From positions 1 through 64,000 of IMG/VR virus record IMGVR_UViG_3300020421_002402: a stretch of 64,000 nt of DNA. One strand, given 5' to 3'. The notes beneath the pieces are model-generated. The model ran no database searches and was not told the DNA's origin. It was given only the letters and a program-made list of their open reading frames with translations. This document shows positions 20,955 through 30,971 of this stretch, in pieces. Numbering within the stretch: position 1 is the stretch's first letter; the number at the start of each line of letters is the position of its first letter. The stretch comes from a virus. A program made the position numbers and the translations under genes.

Positions 20955-22097
20955 ATGCTTATAATTCAATTTAATGACTATATAGACCCTGCAAATTTCC
21001 CTGTTGAAATTGTACAATCATTTAAACATAATACATTCTTAATAGATTGTGAAATAAGCGAATATGACGTCATTTCCGCAATAACCAGTACTTATTCAGT
21101 GTCAAGTATGCAATCTAATGAAGATTGTGCGTATATTGACGTCTATGAGCGTCATACAACGTCATATACAACAGTTTCTCCCGAAGATACACTTGCGCCA
21201 CTCATAGAAAAACTAGACCTTTTAGCGGTACAAGAGCCCAAGATATTGTGTTTTAGTTGGCAAATGGACCGTAATTACATAGTAGATTACCGTATAGAAC
21301 AACTAATTAAAGCAGGACATATGGTAGTTTGTGCAGGTGGAAACAAGGATTTGCCTGTAATAGATATAAGTCCAGTTGCAGTAGATGGTGTAATTAGAGT
21401 GGGTGGAAACAAGCATAATGGTTACTATCAGAACTGGATAGACATATATGATGTAATTGATCCTACTGAACCAAACAGCAATAAAGCAGTTCATAACATT
21501 TGTACTAAAATGGTACACAAGCAATTAGAACTAGATTATGAACTTGCGTATTACAGTGATAGTAGTGTTCGTAGTGCTCCTTGGCCTCTTAGACTCGCAC
21601 AGACGCCGTCTAACGAAGCAAAATACTATGAATTTAATCCTGTATCCAATTTGAGATATTGTGCAGGAGAGCATTTAATACCAGTTAGACCAGGCGACCA
21701 AGTTAGTGTTTTATATGGAGGCGTACAATTAGAAGATTATGTAGATGCAAGATATGTAGATATGGGTGTTGAAATGCCACGTGGAATAACATTTAATATT
21801 GATAGTGGTTGGTTGTATGGAACTTTTAAATTTAAAACCAACATGTTTCATAGATTCCAAGCAGACATAAATGGACAATTATTTGAATACCATATGATAA
21901 GTTGTGATGCAGATAATAAACTTACTTACGATGATGTAAAACACAAATACTTTAATAGACCATATGATGCACCTCCATTTACAATGAGAGAATATTGGGT
22001 GCCTATGGCAAGACCTGTTAAACTTTTAGAACCAGGCGACCCTTTTATTAGAACTTATAATCTAAATGATTTACATTTATACAGGGAATTCGAATGA
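20955..22097 (+). CDS. Degenerate subtilase (S8)-like protein with putative Ig-like segment
   Basis: VVCAGGN..SPVAVDGVIRVGG resembles S8 oxyanion region; no visible catalytic motifs; PRGITFNIDSGWLYGT. Confidence 0.45.
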   Translation: MLIIQFNDYIDPANFPVEIVQSFKHNTFLIDCEISEYDVISAITSTYSVSSMQSNEDCAYIDVYERHTTSYTTVSPEDTLAPLIEKLDLLAVQEPKILCFSWQMDRNYIVDYRIEQLIKAGHMVVCAGGNKDLPVIDISPVAVDGVIRVGGNKHNGYYQNWIDIYDVIDPTEPNSNKAVHNICTKMVHKQLELDYELAYYSDSSVRSAPWPLRLAQTPSNEAKYYEFNPVSNLRYCAGEHLIPVRPGDQVSVLYGGVQLEDYVDARYVDMGVEMPRGITFNIDSGWLYGTFKFKTNMFHRFQADINGQLFEYHMISCDADNKLTYDDVKHKYFNRPYDAPPFTMREYWVPMARPVKLLEPGDPFIRTYNLNDLHLYREFE

Positions 22098-23050
22098 GAG
22101 GTGTAACATTTAGTGAATTTGGAAATGGACAAAACGTTGATATGTTTGTTCAAGCACCAGACGTAATTCCTCGTACTCCATTTATTGAGGCAATTGAAAC
22201 AGCCAAAAAAATTAGACAAAAATTTACTAAAGATTTATATGTATGGTGCGATTATAGTGTACAACACATATATTCACAAATTGCTATGCAAGGATTTAAA
22301 ATGGCAGGTATAGATTTTGTAGCCGCTATTCCTGTGTTAAGCAATAATTTAAGTAAACGTGAAAACGATTGCAGTATTGCATATTGTGAAGCAAGAGGAA
22401 TAAAGTATGAATTATTTCCTATAGATGTTCCAGCACTTTTTGATGGAGAAGAGTTTGAATATTATGGAGAAAAATTTCCTACTACACAACCACAAATGAC
22501 AATAGCAGGAAAGTTTTTTGATTTACTTCCTGATTGTTGCATTGTTTATCCTGGATTTATGATGCATGTTAGCAATAGCGATTGGACAAGAACTAAAAAT
22601 AACGGCTTTATGCCTTTTGTACCACATCAAACACAAGAACATGCCGCCGAAGTAAGTGGCAAAGAGTACACAAATTTTCAAGAACACTATGTTGATATGT
22701 ATAGTAGTTGGATGTTTACGCAAAGTTATGGAGAAGTTCTAAAGTCTTCCACACAAGAATTTGTTGATAATGCCCCACACAGATACTATCAATATGAAGT
22801 AAGAACTATCAAACAAGCAGGTTTCGACATAAAACCTACAACACAGAAGTTAATAGGCATTGAATTGCTTAAAAGTCACTTCGGACATGATAAATACGAT
22901 AATACACTAAGACAAAGATTAGCACCATTTGGGCCTTTGACCTTAAAGTATGCTAGTCTACAATATACAGTAAAAGTAGACACTAGACTTAAGGAAATGT
23001 TAGAAAAACATCATGAAACGAACTTTGACTTCATTAACAAACTTTTTTAA
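22094..23050 (+). CDS. Hypothetical protein, possibly degenerate PP-loop (adenine nucleotide alpha hydrolase-like) fold
   Basis: Layout like phage SGGxDS proteins (AYCEARGIKYELFPID) but motif eroded. Confidence 0.4.
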   Translation: MRGVTFSEFGNGQNVDMFVQAPDVIPRTPFIEAIETAKKIRQKFTKDLYVWCDYSVQHIYSQIAMQGFKMAGIDFVAAIPVLSNNLSKRENDCSIAYCEARGIKYELFPIDVPALFDGEEFEYYGEKFPTTQPQMTIAGKFFDLLPDCCIVYPGFMMHVSNSDWTRTKNNGFMPFVPHQTQEHAAEVSGKEYTNFQEHYVDMYSSWMFTQSYGEVLKSSTQEFVDNAPHRYYQYEVRTIKQAGFDIKPTTQKLIGIELLKSHFGHDKYDNTLRQRLAPFGPLTLKYASLQYTVKVDTRLKEMLEKHHETNFDFINKLF

Positions 23051-23837
23051 AGATAAAGCAAAAATAAATTTTTGGCTATATACTCTTCCTATACAATTAG
23101 TAGGATGGAGCATTATACCTATTATGGCATACAATGGCGACTGGAACTACTTATGGCTAGGCTTACTTACATACTTCTTATTTGGATGTGTGGGAATGGC
23201 TATCGGATTACATAGGTATTGGGGTCACAAAGCATTTGAAATGCCCAAATGGAAAGAAAGGATTATGACCACGTTTAGTGTTTTTAATGGTTATGGTAGT
23301 ATATTTCCTTGGGTTATGATACATGAAAAAGGACATCATAAAAACAGTGATAGAGAAGATGATCCGCATTCACCATTACAAGGTTTTTGGCATGCCTTTT
23401 TGACATGGCACAGAGAACAAAAATATTTTGATAAACACATAGATAGACGTACTTTGGTTACTTACATAAGAAGAGAGTTTGTAACTGATAAGTATTATAC
23501 GTTTTTAAATGACAATCATATAGCAATTAACTATGGAACATTTGCACTAGCATGGTTATTGTTTGGTTGGCAAGTTGCACTATACGGTATCTGGTTTGGT
23601 ATATGGGCAACACTAATGAATACCAGTTTGGTAACAGCACTTAGTCATTACAGTTGGTTTGGCTATAGAAATTTTGATACACCAGATAATAGTGTAAATA
23701 ATAGAGTAGGTGCTATCCTTACATTTGGTGAAATGTTACACAACAATCATCATAAACATTGGAGAGCATCAAGTAACAGTCAACACTGGAGCGAAGTAGA
23801 TATCAGTGGTTGGGTAATCAACGGACTTAAAAAATAA
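23013..23837 (+). CDS. Membrane fatty acid desaturase (Delta9-like) 1
   Basis: His boxes HRYWGH, HEKGHH, HNNHH; DPHSP; TM segments. Confidence 0.9.
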   Translation: MKRTLTSLTNFFKDKAKINFWLYTLPIQLVGWSIIPIMAYNGDWNYLWLGLLTYFLFGCVGMAIGLHRYWGHKAFEMPKWKERIMTTFSVFNGYGSIFPWVMIHEKGHHKNSDREDDPHSPLQGFWHAFLTWHREQKYFDKHIDRRTLVTYIRREFVTDKYYTFLNDNHIAINYGTFALAWLLFGWQVALYGIWFGIWATLMNTSLVTALSHYSWFGYRNFDTPDNSVNNRVGAILTFGEMLHNNHHKHWRASSNSQHWSEVDISGWVINGLKK

Positions 23838-24610
23838 TGTTATTTTATTTAATATTTTTACCAGTAGCATTTATATCCTTAATATGGAGTATCTTCAACG
23901 GCAGTTTACAATTATATTGTGCTACTGCTTTATTTACAATTCTTTACAGTGGATACGGTATAAGTGTTGGATTTCATAGATTACACAGTCATAACAGTTT
24001 TAAAACTTGGGAACCTATAAGAAAATTACTTTTATATCTAGGTTGTCAAGGAGCACAAGGCTCTCCTATTACTTGGAGTCTTTTACACAACAGAAGTCAT
24101 CATGCACACACAGACAAAGAAGGAGATGTACACACTCCAACTAAAGGATTATTTTATGCATTCTTTGGTTGGATATTCCGCAAAGCAAATCATGAATTTG
24201 CCAGAACAGAGTTGTTTAAAATAAGAAAACAACTTGATCCGTTTGCATTATGGTGTCATAAAAATTATCACTTTTTATTAATATTAAATTTAGCACTTTT
24301 AGGTTTACTAACTTTTTGGATTCCGGGTGTTGAAGGAAGATATATACTTGCTAGTTTAAACGCAAGTTTCCTAAGTGTAATTATAAGTGGTATTGTAAAC
24401 GTATTTGGTCATACACCTATTAAAGGTTTGACATACGAAACAACACCAATGAAAAATAGAAGTACTAATAATCCTTGGTTAGCATTATTTACATGGGGTG
24501 AAAGTTTACATAACAATCATCATTATAAACCAAGAAGATTAAACTTTAATACTAAATGGTATGAAATGGATGTAGGCAGATGGATGATATCAACAATAAA
24601 GAAATCTTAA
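23837..24610 (+). CDS. Membrane fatty acid desaturase (Delta9-like) 2
   Basis: HRLHSH, HNRSHH, GESLHNNHH. Confidence 0.9.
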   Translation: MLFYLIFLPVAFISLIWSIFNGSLQLYCATALFTILYSGYGISVGFHRLHSHNSFKTWEPIRKLLLYLGCQGAQGSPITWSLLHNRSHHAHTDKEGDVHTPTKGLFYAFFGWIFRKANHEFARTELFKIRKQLDPFALWCHKNYHFLLILNLALLGLLTFWIPGVEGRYILASLNASFLSVIISGIVNVFGHTPIKGLTYETTPMKNRSTNNPWLALFTWGESLHNNHHYKPRRLNFNTKWYEMDVGRWMISTIKKS

Positions 24611-25182
24611 GAACATTTTTTGAAGGAAAAATTGGCTGTATAGAATACAGCGATAAATGGTTACCTCAACTAGAAAAGTTTTGCAGTATTGCAAAAGACT
24701 GCGGATACGAAAACAATTCGTCACCAGAAGCAATGAAAGTAGATGAGATACAATATCATTGCATGGTGCATATACCTACAAATGAAATTTATGCAGTAGC
24801 AGGTGTACAGTATATGCCTGAATACAAAGATGGCTATTACAGAATATGGACACGTCTTTGTAGAATTCCTAAAGATGATATTCCTATGACAAGAACAAGA
24901 AGATATGGTAGAGGAGAGATGCCTGAGTTTGACGGATTATTATATTTTAATTGTGAATGGGCAACTAAACAACCTAATTTTAAAGCAACATTTGGAACTA
25001 CATTAGCCAACAAAGCCTATGCAGACAATTATGTAAGAAGCAGTAATACTATTACAGATTATGTAAAGAGAAATTGGTGGCTTAAAAAAGGTATTGCAGA
25101 GCCTGAAGGTATTACAGAATTTTATTCTGTTCCACAAGTAGTGTGGAGAATGTATTTCAACAAGTTTAAAGAGTTAAGTTAA
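24580..25182 (+). CDS. Hypothetical protein, possibly GNAT-like
   Basis: AVAGV..YRIWTRLC pattern; coupled in operon. Confidence 0.4.
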   Translation: MDDINNKEILRTFFEGKIGCIEYSDKWLPQLEKFCSIAKDCGYENNSSPEAMKVDEIQYHCMVHIPTNEIYAVAGVQYMPEYKDGYYRIWTRLCRIPKDDIPMTRTRRYGRGEMPEFDGLLYFNCEWATKQPNFKATFGTTLANKAYADNYVRSSNTITDYVKRNWWLKKGIAEPEGITEFYSVPQVVWRMYFNKFKELS

Positions 25183-26039
25183 TGAAAAATATAAAAAGAG
25201 TTTTATTTCAAGTCAAAAGTTCCAAAAACATTTTTTGGGACGACACACCAATTAGAATTGGATGTCAATTAGTAGTACCAGATAAATTCGCAGGTGACCA
25301 ACCATTGTGTATTATAAGTCATGGTTCAGGTGGATTAGGCAGTGATACGGATTTATTTGTAGACAGTTTAGGCAAACAAGGTATTGCAACTTTATGTGTT
25401 GATAGTTTTACAGGTAGAAGTATGGAAGCCATTGGCTGGAATGACTTCAGTGGATATGTAAGTCCTAGAATGAGAGCATTAGAAACTGTAGAAGCATATA
25501 AATTTTTATGTGAAAATCATAGAAATATGTTTGCAGGTTTAAATTTAAACAAACTTGCATTTGTAGGATTTAGTTGGGGTGCCGATACTGTTGCAAATGT
25601 AATTGCACACTATAATGAAACATTGCCTAAAGAAACATTTTTTGCACTATGTTATGGAAACTTATGGCCCTTTGAAGAAGCATTCCACAAAGCAAAAGAA
25701 TATGATGTTACTTTGTATCATGGTGCTGAAGATAATTGGACTCATCCAGAAAAAAGTAAAATATTTGCAGATGAGACAAACAGCAAGTATGTAGAATTTT
25801 TTGATTGTGTACATGGATTTTGTAAACCTGGATATGATGATGAAGTTGCAGAACAAGTAATAGTAAACTATCATGCACCTTTTCCTGTGCCAACAGAATT
25901 GAAAGAAGTTTATAGTTGGATACAAAAAGGAAAAATTTGGGAAGATACAGAATGGCAACGTGTTGATGCAAAAATGTCTTATGACCAAATGGCTACAGAA
26001 CAGATTCTAAACGACATCATTACTAAATTAACCAAGTAA
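25182..26039 (+). CDS. Dienelactone hydrolase-family alpha/beta hydrolase
   Basis: HGSGG, VDSF..R, GFSWG nucleophile elbow, GAEDNW, HGF. Confidence 0.8.
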   Translation: MKNIKRVLFQVKSSKNIFWDDTPIRIGCQLVVPDKFAGDQPLCIISHGSGGLGSDTDLFVDSLGKQGIATLCVDSFTGRSMEAIGWNDFSGYVSPRMRALETVEAYKFLCENHRNMFAGLNLNKLAFVGFSWGADTVANVIAHYNETLPKETFFALCYGNLWPFEEAFHKAKEYDVTLYHGAEDNWTHPEKSKIFADETNSKYVEFFDCVHGFCKPGYDDEVAEQVIVNYHAPFPVPTELKEVYSWIQKGKIWEDTEWQRVDAKMSYDQMATEQILNDIITKLTK

Positions 26040-26057
26040 ATTACGATAAATATTGGT

Positions 26058-27110
26058 ATGAGCAAACTCATATCGGTTGTAGGGCCACACTTTTACGCAC
26101 CAAATAATCCAGTTAATATACAATGGAGTATGGGTAATACCTGTAATTTCTCGTGTAATTACTGCCCAACTGTATTACATGATGGAACAAATCCATGGAT
26201 GCCTAAAGAAACATATCTTAAAACAATTGAAAAGGTCTGTGACTACTATAAAGAACACACTTATATGCATAACGGCGAAGAAAAAACTCGTGCTATGCAT
26301 TGGGAACTTATAGGCGGAGAAGTTACAACAATACCTGATTTTGAAGAAATATTGCAAAAATTATATGATTATAAAGCAAATGTTACAGTTTATTCAAATG
26401 GTAGTAGAACAGTACGTTGGTGGGAAGAAGCAAGAAATTATTTACAAGGAGTTGTACTTACATATCATCCTTTAACAATGGATAAGCAACACTTTAAAGA
26501 TGTCGTAGACGTACTTAAAGGGCATGTAACGGTAGATATAAGTATTGCAGGTATAAGTGGTCAAGTAGCAGAATTGTATGACTACGGTGAAGAATTAAGA
26601 GAAATGTTTAATGATGATAATGGTAGACAAAGTATATATGATGTAAGTATTGCTGTGAAAACATTATATAAAAAATTATTAGGCGACAACAATAATTACG
26701 ATACACAAGAAACTTGGTATGAATATAGTCCATATGAAATAGAGATAATGCAACGTCCAGGAGTTAAACCAAATCCTAATCCTGCTCCAGACAATACACC
26801 TAGTCATGTTAAGGGAGATCCTAAGTATTGGTCAACTGAATTTAAGTACGATGATGGAACTGTGAAGTATGTACAAAGCCATCAAATTATAAATGAAGGA
26901 CTTAACAAGTTTGGAGGAATGAAATGCCACTTAGGTTCCGAAGGACTCAATATAGACATGCATGGCGAAATAATTAGCAGTTGGTGTGGTGCAAAAAGTT
27001 TTGGAAATATCACACAAATTAAAGAATTAGAATTACCAACAGAACATTATACTTGTTCTTTTGAATACTGTAATAACCTAAATGACATCAGCATAACCAA
27101 ATCGTTATAA
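26058..27110 (+). CDS. Radical SAM enzyme with C-terminal Cys-rich (SPASM/twitch-like) domain
   Basis: CNFSCNYC, GGE, SNG, additional C-terminal Cys. Confidence 0.85.
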   Translation: MSKLISVVGPHFYAPNNPVNIQWSMGNTCNFSCNYCPTVLHDGTNPWMPKETYLKTIEKVCDYYKEHTYMHNGEEKTRAMHWELIGGEVTTIPDFEEILQKLYDYKANVTVYSNGSRTVRWWEEARNYLQGVVLTYHPLTMDKQHFKDVVDVLKGHVTVDISIAGISGQVAELYDYGEELREMFNDDNGRQSIYDVSIAVKTLYKKLLGDNNNYDTQETWYEYSPYEIEIMQRPGVKPNPNPAPDNTPSHVKGDPKYWSTEFKYDDGTVKYVQSHQIINEGLNKFGGMKCHLGSEGLNIDMHGEIISSWCGAKSFGNITQIKELELPTEHYTCSFEYCNNLNDISITKSL

Positions 27111-27145
27111 AAAATATCTTTTTTATAAGTTTTTTTATATTATAT

Positions 27146-27153
27146 TATAAATA
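27146..27153 (+). promoter_or_regulatory. Canonical T4 late promoter TATAAATA
   Basis: Exact consensus in intergenic AT-rich stretch. Confidence 0.65.
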
Positions 27154-27335
27154 CCTTCTATAATAGGCAATAAGTTTTGTTTATATAATCATTCTCCCTT
27201 ATACGATGATACAAGTAAAACGTTCTATAATAATGTGTAGTCTCCTGTTCTCTGTGCAGGTAGGAGATTCCATGGCAGGAGTTATGAGAAGTTTACGTGA
27301 TATAGAACATGCTTATTACATACACAGGAGCAACG

Positions 27336-27422
27336 ATGGAAGATTTGAAAGATAAAGCAGAATTACTTACACTAATATCAATTTTTGTTGTAAGTGTTTT
27401 TGCATTAACACCAGCATTATGA
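27336..27422 (+). CDS. 28-aa single-TM peptide (unannotated)
   Basis: AGGAG SD; MEDLKDKAELLTLISIFVVSVFALTPAL. Confidence 0.55.
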   Translation: MEDLKDKAELLTLISIFVVSVFALTPAL

Positions 27423-27508
27423 AACAGGCAATACTTTTAGGATTAATTTTACTACCATGGGAAGTACCTGTGTTTATACTAATTGCAAGAATGATGGAAT
27501 CAATATAA
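27419..27508 (+). CDS. 29-aa hydrophobic peptide (unannotated)
   Basis: ATGA overlap; MKQAILLGLILLPWEVPVFILIARMMESI. Confidence 0.5.
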   Translation: MKQAILLGLILLPWEVPVFILIARMMESI

Positions 27509-27510
27509 TT

Positions 27511-27762
27511 ATGAAAACAGATAGTTGGAAAAGACCAGTAGAACAAAAAAGAAAAACAATTCCTGAACATTCTAAACAATTAGAATTAGTTTTTAAACCT
27601 GAGGATGCAACAACGGAACATATTAATCATTGGCAAGAAACAGAACTTAATTGGTGGGCAGAGCGTCAATTAGGTTTTGTGGCAATAGCATCTTTAATCC
27701 AATTAACAGCATTAGGATTTATGATGTTATCGTTCTTTTTAATCAACATAGCATTTTCTTAA
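27511..27762 (+). CDS. Small membrane protein with C-terminal TM helix
   Basis: ATG 27511 follows upstream stop; hydrophobic C-terminus. Confidence 0.6.
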   Translation: MKTDSWKRPVEQKRKTIPEHSKQLELVFKPEDATTEHINHWQETELNWWAERQLGFVAIASLIQLTALGFMMLSFFLINIAFS

Positions 27763-27777
27763 GCAATAAATAGTAGT

Positions 27778-28359
27778 ATGGTCCCATATTACTTTGACAT
27801 ACCTGAATTAGAACTACCTTTTGATGTAGATGATAAGCCATATGTTCAGCACCCTGCTGACTATATGTCACCTTCAGGGTTAGGTTTGGGTGGTAATAGT
27901 TTTCAATATAGAGTTGTACCAGAGACTTGGTATAAAGATGTAAAAGAATATTTAGAAAGCAAACTTACAATACCAGTGGGAAGTTTAACACTTTTAAATA
28001 CAATGTGCAATTCATCAAGTCCTTGGCACAGTGAAGGCCCAGGAACATTTGGTAGGAAGTGTGCTTTAAACTTTATGGTTGCTGGAGACTTTGAACGTAG
28101 TTATGTACAATGGGCAACAAGAGGACTGCAAGAAGATATTGAAAACAATGACAAAGAACCTACTTGGTGGGAAGATGAAAACTTAGAAGTTTTAGCAGAA
28201 CATAGAATGACTCCAAGTAAGGCTACAATTTATAATACTATGCATTGGCACAGAGTATTTAATTTTACAGGTTGGAATAGATTAGTTATTAGTGCCGCAA
28301 TTAGGGAAGATATTCAAGAAGTTTTTAACTTGTACGAAAGTGATAAACTTTTTAAATAA
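27778..28359 (+). CDS. Cupin/2OG-Fe(II) oxygenase-like paralog 1
   Basis: WHSEG..CALNF..NT..HRV..R. Confidence 0.6.
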   Translation: MVPYYFDIPELELPFDVDDKPYVQHPADYMSPSGLGLGGNSFQYRVVPETWYKDVKEYLESKLTIPVGSLTLLNTMCNSSSPWHSEGPGTFGRKCALNFMVAGDFERSYVQWATRGLQEDIENNDKEPTWWEDENLEVLAEHRMTPSKATIYNTMHWHRVFNFTGWNRLVISAAIREDIQEVFNLYESDKLFK

Positions 28360-28368
28360 ATATTACAG

Positions 28369-29034
28369 ATGAGTTTACCTTATTATTTTGAAGTACCAGA
28401 AATAGAATTACCTTTTGATGTTATGGATTATGTAGATGCTAATGCAAATCAAGAAGCATCGAGTAAAGGGCAATATCTTTGGATGATGGGGTATGACCAT
28501 AATAGTAAAAATACAAAAGATGGTTCTGCTCTAAGTGAAGAAACAGGAATGTCAGAACAACAAAATGCAGAAATGAGTAAGTTGTTAAGGGAATGGGCAA
28601 AAGATACATTTACTATTAGAACAACAAGTGTAAGTTTTTTAAGAACATTACCAGGACAAAATGGTTGGTGGCATTGTGAAGGACCTGCTTTTCGTGGTAG
28701 AAGGTGTGCATTAAATTTTTTAGTAGAAGGCGATGTGCAAAATACTAAAGCAGAGTGGGGGTATTGTAAACTTTGGGGAGATGTACCTGCAGAGCAAGTA
28801 GAACATAAAGGTTTTATTAAACCAGAATACTTACCTGAGATGGAAGTTTATGATGATGGAACTTATCAAAGTGATGTTTTAAACAGAGGTTTCTTTTACA
28901 ATACTATGTATTTGCATAGAGGAGTAAACGAAAACAGTAAAATGCATAGGACTATATTAAGTATAGCAGTACAAGAAAATTTAGATATACAAGCAGTATA
29001 TAAAGTATATCAAGAAGGAAAACTTTTTAAATGA
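28369..29034 (+). CDS. Cupin/2OG-Fe(II) oxygenase-like paralog 2
   Basis: WHCEG..CALNF..NT..HRG..R. Confidence 0.6.
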   Translation: MSLPYYFEVPEIELPFDVMDYVDANANQEASSKGQYLWMMGYDHNSKNTKDGSALSEETGMSEQQNAEMSKLLREWAKDTFTIRTTSVSFLRTLPGQNGWWHCEGPAFRGRRCALNFLVEGDVQNTKAEWGYCKLWGDVPAEQVEHKGFIKPEYLPEMEVYDDGTYQSDVLNRGFFYNTMYLHRGVNENSKMHRTILSIAVQENLDIQAVYKVYQEGKLFK

Positions 29035-29747
29035 ATCAAAGAATAGAATTACCGTATTATTTCGAAGTACCAGAGATGCCTGAGATACCTTTTGATGTAC
29101 AGCAATATTTTGTAAGTGAACAACAAAGACATGAAGCACAAGATGATGTTAAAACACAAGACAAAGTTGAACAAGGTGAAAGTAGAAGTTTAAGTGCAAA
29201 TTGGTATCAAAGTTTTATAAAAGTAGATGAAAATAGTACACAAGATAAACGTGATTTCAAAGAAGTAAACTTATATGAAGAAGTAAATTTTGATTTAAGT
29301 AAACGCATGAAAGAATGGCTAGGTGATGTTTTAAATTTAAAATTTACAAGTATATTAATGTTAAGGACACCTGCAAATGCTAACAGTAGGTGGCATTGTG
29401 AAGGACCAGTATTCCACACCAGACAATGTGCATTGAACTTTCCAGTTTACGGTAATGCAGATGTAATGGAAGGACAATGGGCAACCTTTCCAAGATTCAA
29501 AGATGTTGATCCTAGAGAAAATGAAAAGTATGGATTTGTTACTAAAGACGATATGAAAGATACAAACATACTTTGTCGTTGGGACAAACCTACAGTTCCA
29601 GCATTCTACAACACAATGATTTTTCACAGAGGTTACAATGAATTGAGCAACGTGGATAGAGTTGTTTTAAGTTGTGCAGTGGAAGATTTTTCAGATATAA
29701 ACGTATGTTATCGGAAGTACCAAGGAGGTACTTTATTCAAAAATTAG
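29031..29747 (+). CDS. Cupin/2OG-Fe(II) oxygenase-like paralog 3
   Basis: WHCEG..CALNF..NT..HRG..R. Confidence 0.6.
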   Translation: MNQRIELPYYFEVPEMPEIPFDVQQYFVSEQQRHEAQDDVKTQDKVEQGESRSLSANWYQSFIKVDENSTQDKRDFKEVNLYEEVNFDLSKRMKEWLGDVLNLKFTSILMLRTPANANSRWHCEGPVFHTRQCALNFPVYGNADVMEGQWATFPRFKDVDPRENEKYGFVTKDDMKDTNILCRWDKPTVPAFYNTMIFHRGYNELSNVDRVVLSCAVEDFSDINVCYRKYQGGTLFKN

Positions 29748-29783
29748 ATAAATAACTGTTGTAAATGTAGGAGAACAATTAAA

Positions 29784-29951
29784 TTGTCTAACAAAACACC
29801 ATATGAAATAAGATTAGAACTTATTCAAGAAGCAAGGTTGATATTACAGGCACAGGCTAACAAGCCAGACCTAATGCCATCAACTGAAGACGTAATCAAA
29901 GAAGCAGAAAAACTGAATCAATTCATTTCCAGAAAGCCCGACCAGAAATAA
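29784..29951 (+). CDS. 55-aa phage hypothetical protein (unannotated, TTG start)
   Basis: Late promoter 29747, AGGAG; MSNKTPYEIRLELIQEAR..PSTEDVIKEAEKLNQFIS. Confidence 0.7.
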   Translation: MSNKTPYEIRLELIQEARLILQAQANKPDLMPSTEDVIKEAEKLNQFISRKPDQK

Positions 29952-30027
29952 ACCAGAACTTATCCTTTCTACTTGACTTTTAGAGTAAATACTGTACAAT
30001 ACACACATAGTTTATACAGGATTACAA

Positions 30028-30969
30028 ATGGCAAAGCGAAAGAAAAGTAAAGCAAAAACATCTAATCAATCAAAATCACAAACAAATCAACCCGTTACCG
30101 ACGACAAAAAAATTAATACAGACGTAACGCCTGACCAAGGCGATGTACTACATAAGTTACTCGATGCTAAAATTGAAATTCCAATTGAAGTATTAAGGAA
30201 CAAACACATCTTTATTGCAACACCTTGTTATGGTGGACAAATTGGTGAACCTTATTTTAGAAGTATGATGAGGTTAGCAATTCTTTGTAATAAATATGAC
30301 ATTCAATTTACTGTAAGTACACTAGCAAACGAAAGTTTAATTACTAGAGGACGTAATACTTTAGTCAGTTTCTTTATGGAACATCCTGATGCAACACATT
30401 TATTCTTTATAGATGCTGACATTGAATTTGATCCAAACGACTTGTTAAGAATGGTTGCATATGATAGACCTATTACAGTAGGTGCTTATCCTAAGAAAGC
30501 AATTAATTGGCAAAGTATTATTGAAGCCGCAAGACGTAATGAAGAAGAAACAACCGAAACAATTGAAGGACATAGTTCTAACTATGTTGTAAACTTCGAA
30601 TTTTGTACAGATGAAAACGGTAACCCACAAAATCAAATACAAATAAGAGATAACTTAATCAAGTTAAAAGATGCAGGCACAGGATTTATGTGCATTCAAA
30701 AAGATGTGATTCAAAAAATGTTTGATGCACACCCAGAATTAAAATATGCAAACGATATTAATGTGGATCAAAAGTTCGAACAACACATGTACGCATTATT
30801 TGACACAATGATTGATCCAGAAAGCAGACGTTATCTATCAGAAGATTATACATTCTGTAGACGTTGGCAACAAATGGGCGGAGAAGTATTCCTAGATCCT
30901 AGGACTGGACTTAACCATGTAGGACATTATACGTTCCGTGGAAATATTAGAAAACTAATTACAGGTTAG
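30028..30969 (+). CDS. GT-A fold glycosyltransferase-like protein
   Basis: IFIATPCYGG, FIDADI (DxD), LSEDYTFC. Confidence 0.75.
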   Translation: MAKRKKSKAKTSNQSKSQTNQPVTDDKKINTDVTPDQGDVLHKLLDAKIEIPIEVLRNKHIFIATPCYGGQIGEPYFRSMMRLAILCNKYDIQFTVSTLANESLITRGRNTLVSFFMEHPDATHLFFIDADIEFDPNDLLRMVAYDRPITVGAYPKKAINWQSIIEAARRNEEETTETIEGHSSNYVVNFEFCTDENGNPQNQIQIRDNLIKLKDAGTGFMCIQKDVIQKMFDAHPELKYANDINVDQKFEQHMYALFDTMIDPESRRYLSEDYTFCRRWQQMGGEVFLDPRTGLNHVGHYTFRGNIRKLITG

Positions 30970-30971
30970 AT

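Noticed and set aside
27457-27510. ORF-track start at 27457 (also 7307, 11989, 16353, 20647, 54894, 55416)
   Set aside because: Downstream ATGs fit coupling, SD or promoter spacing better
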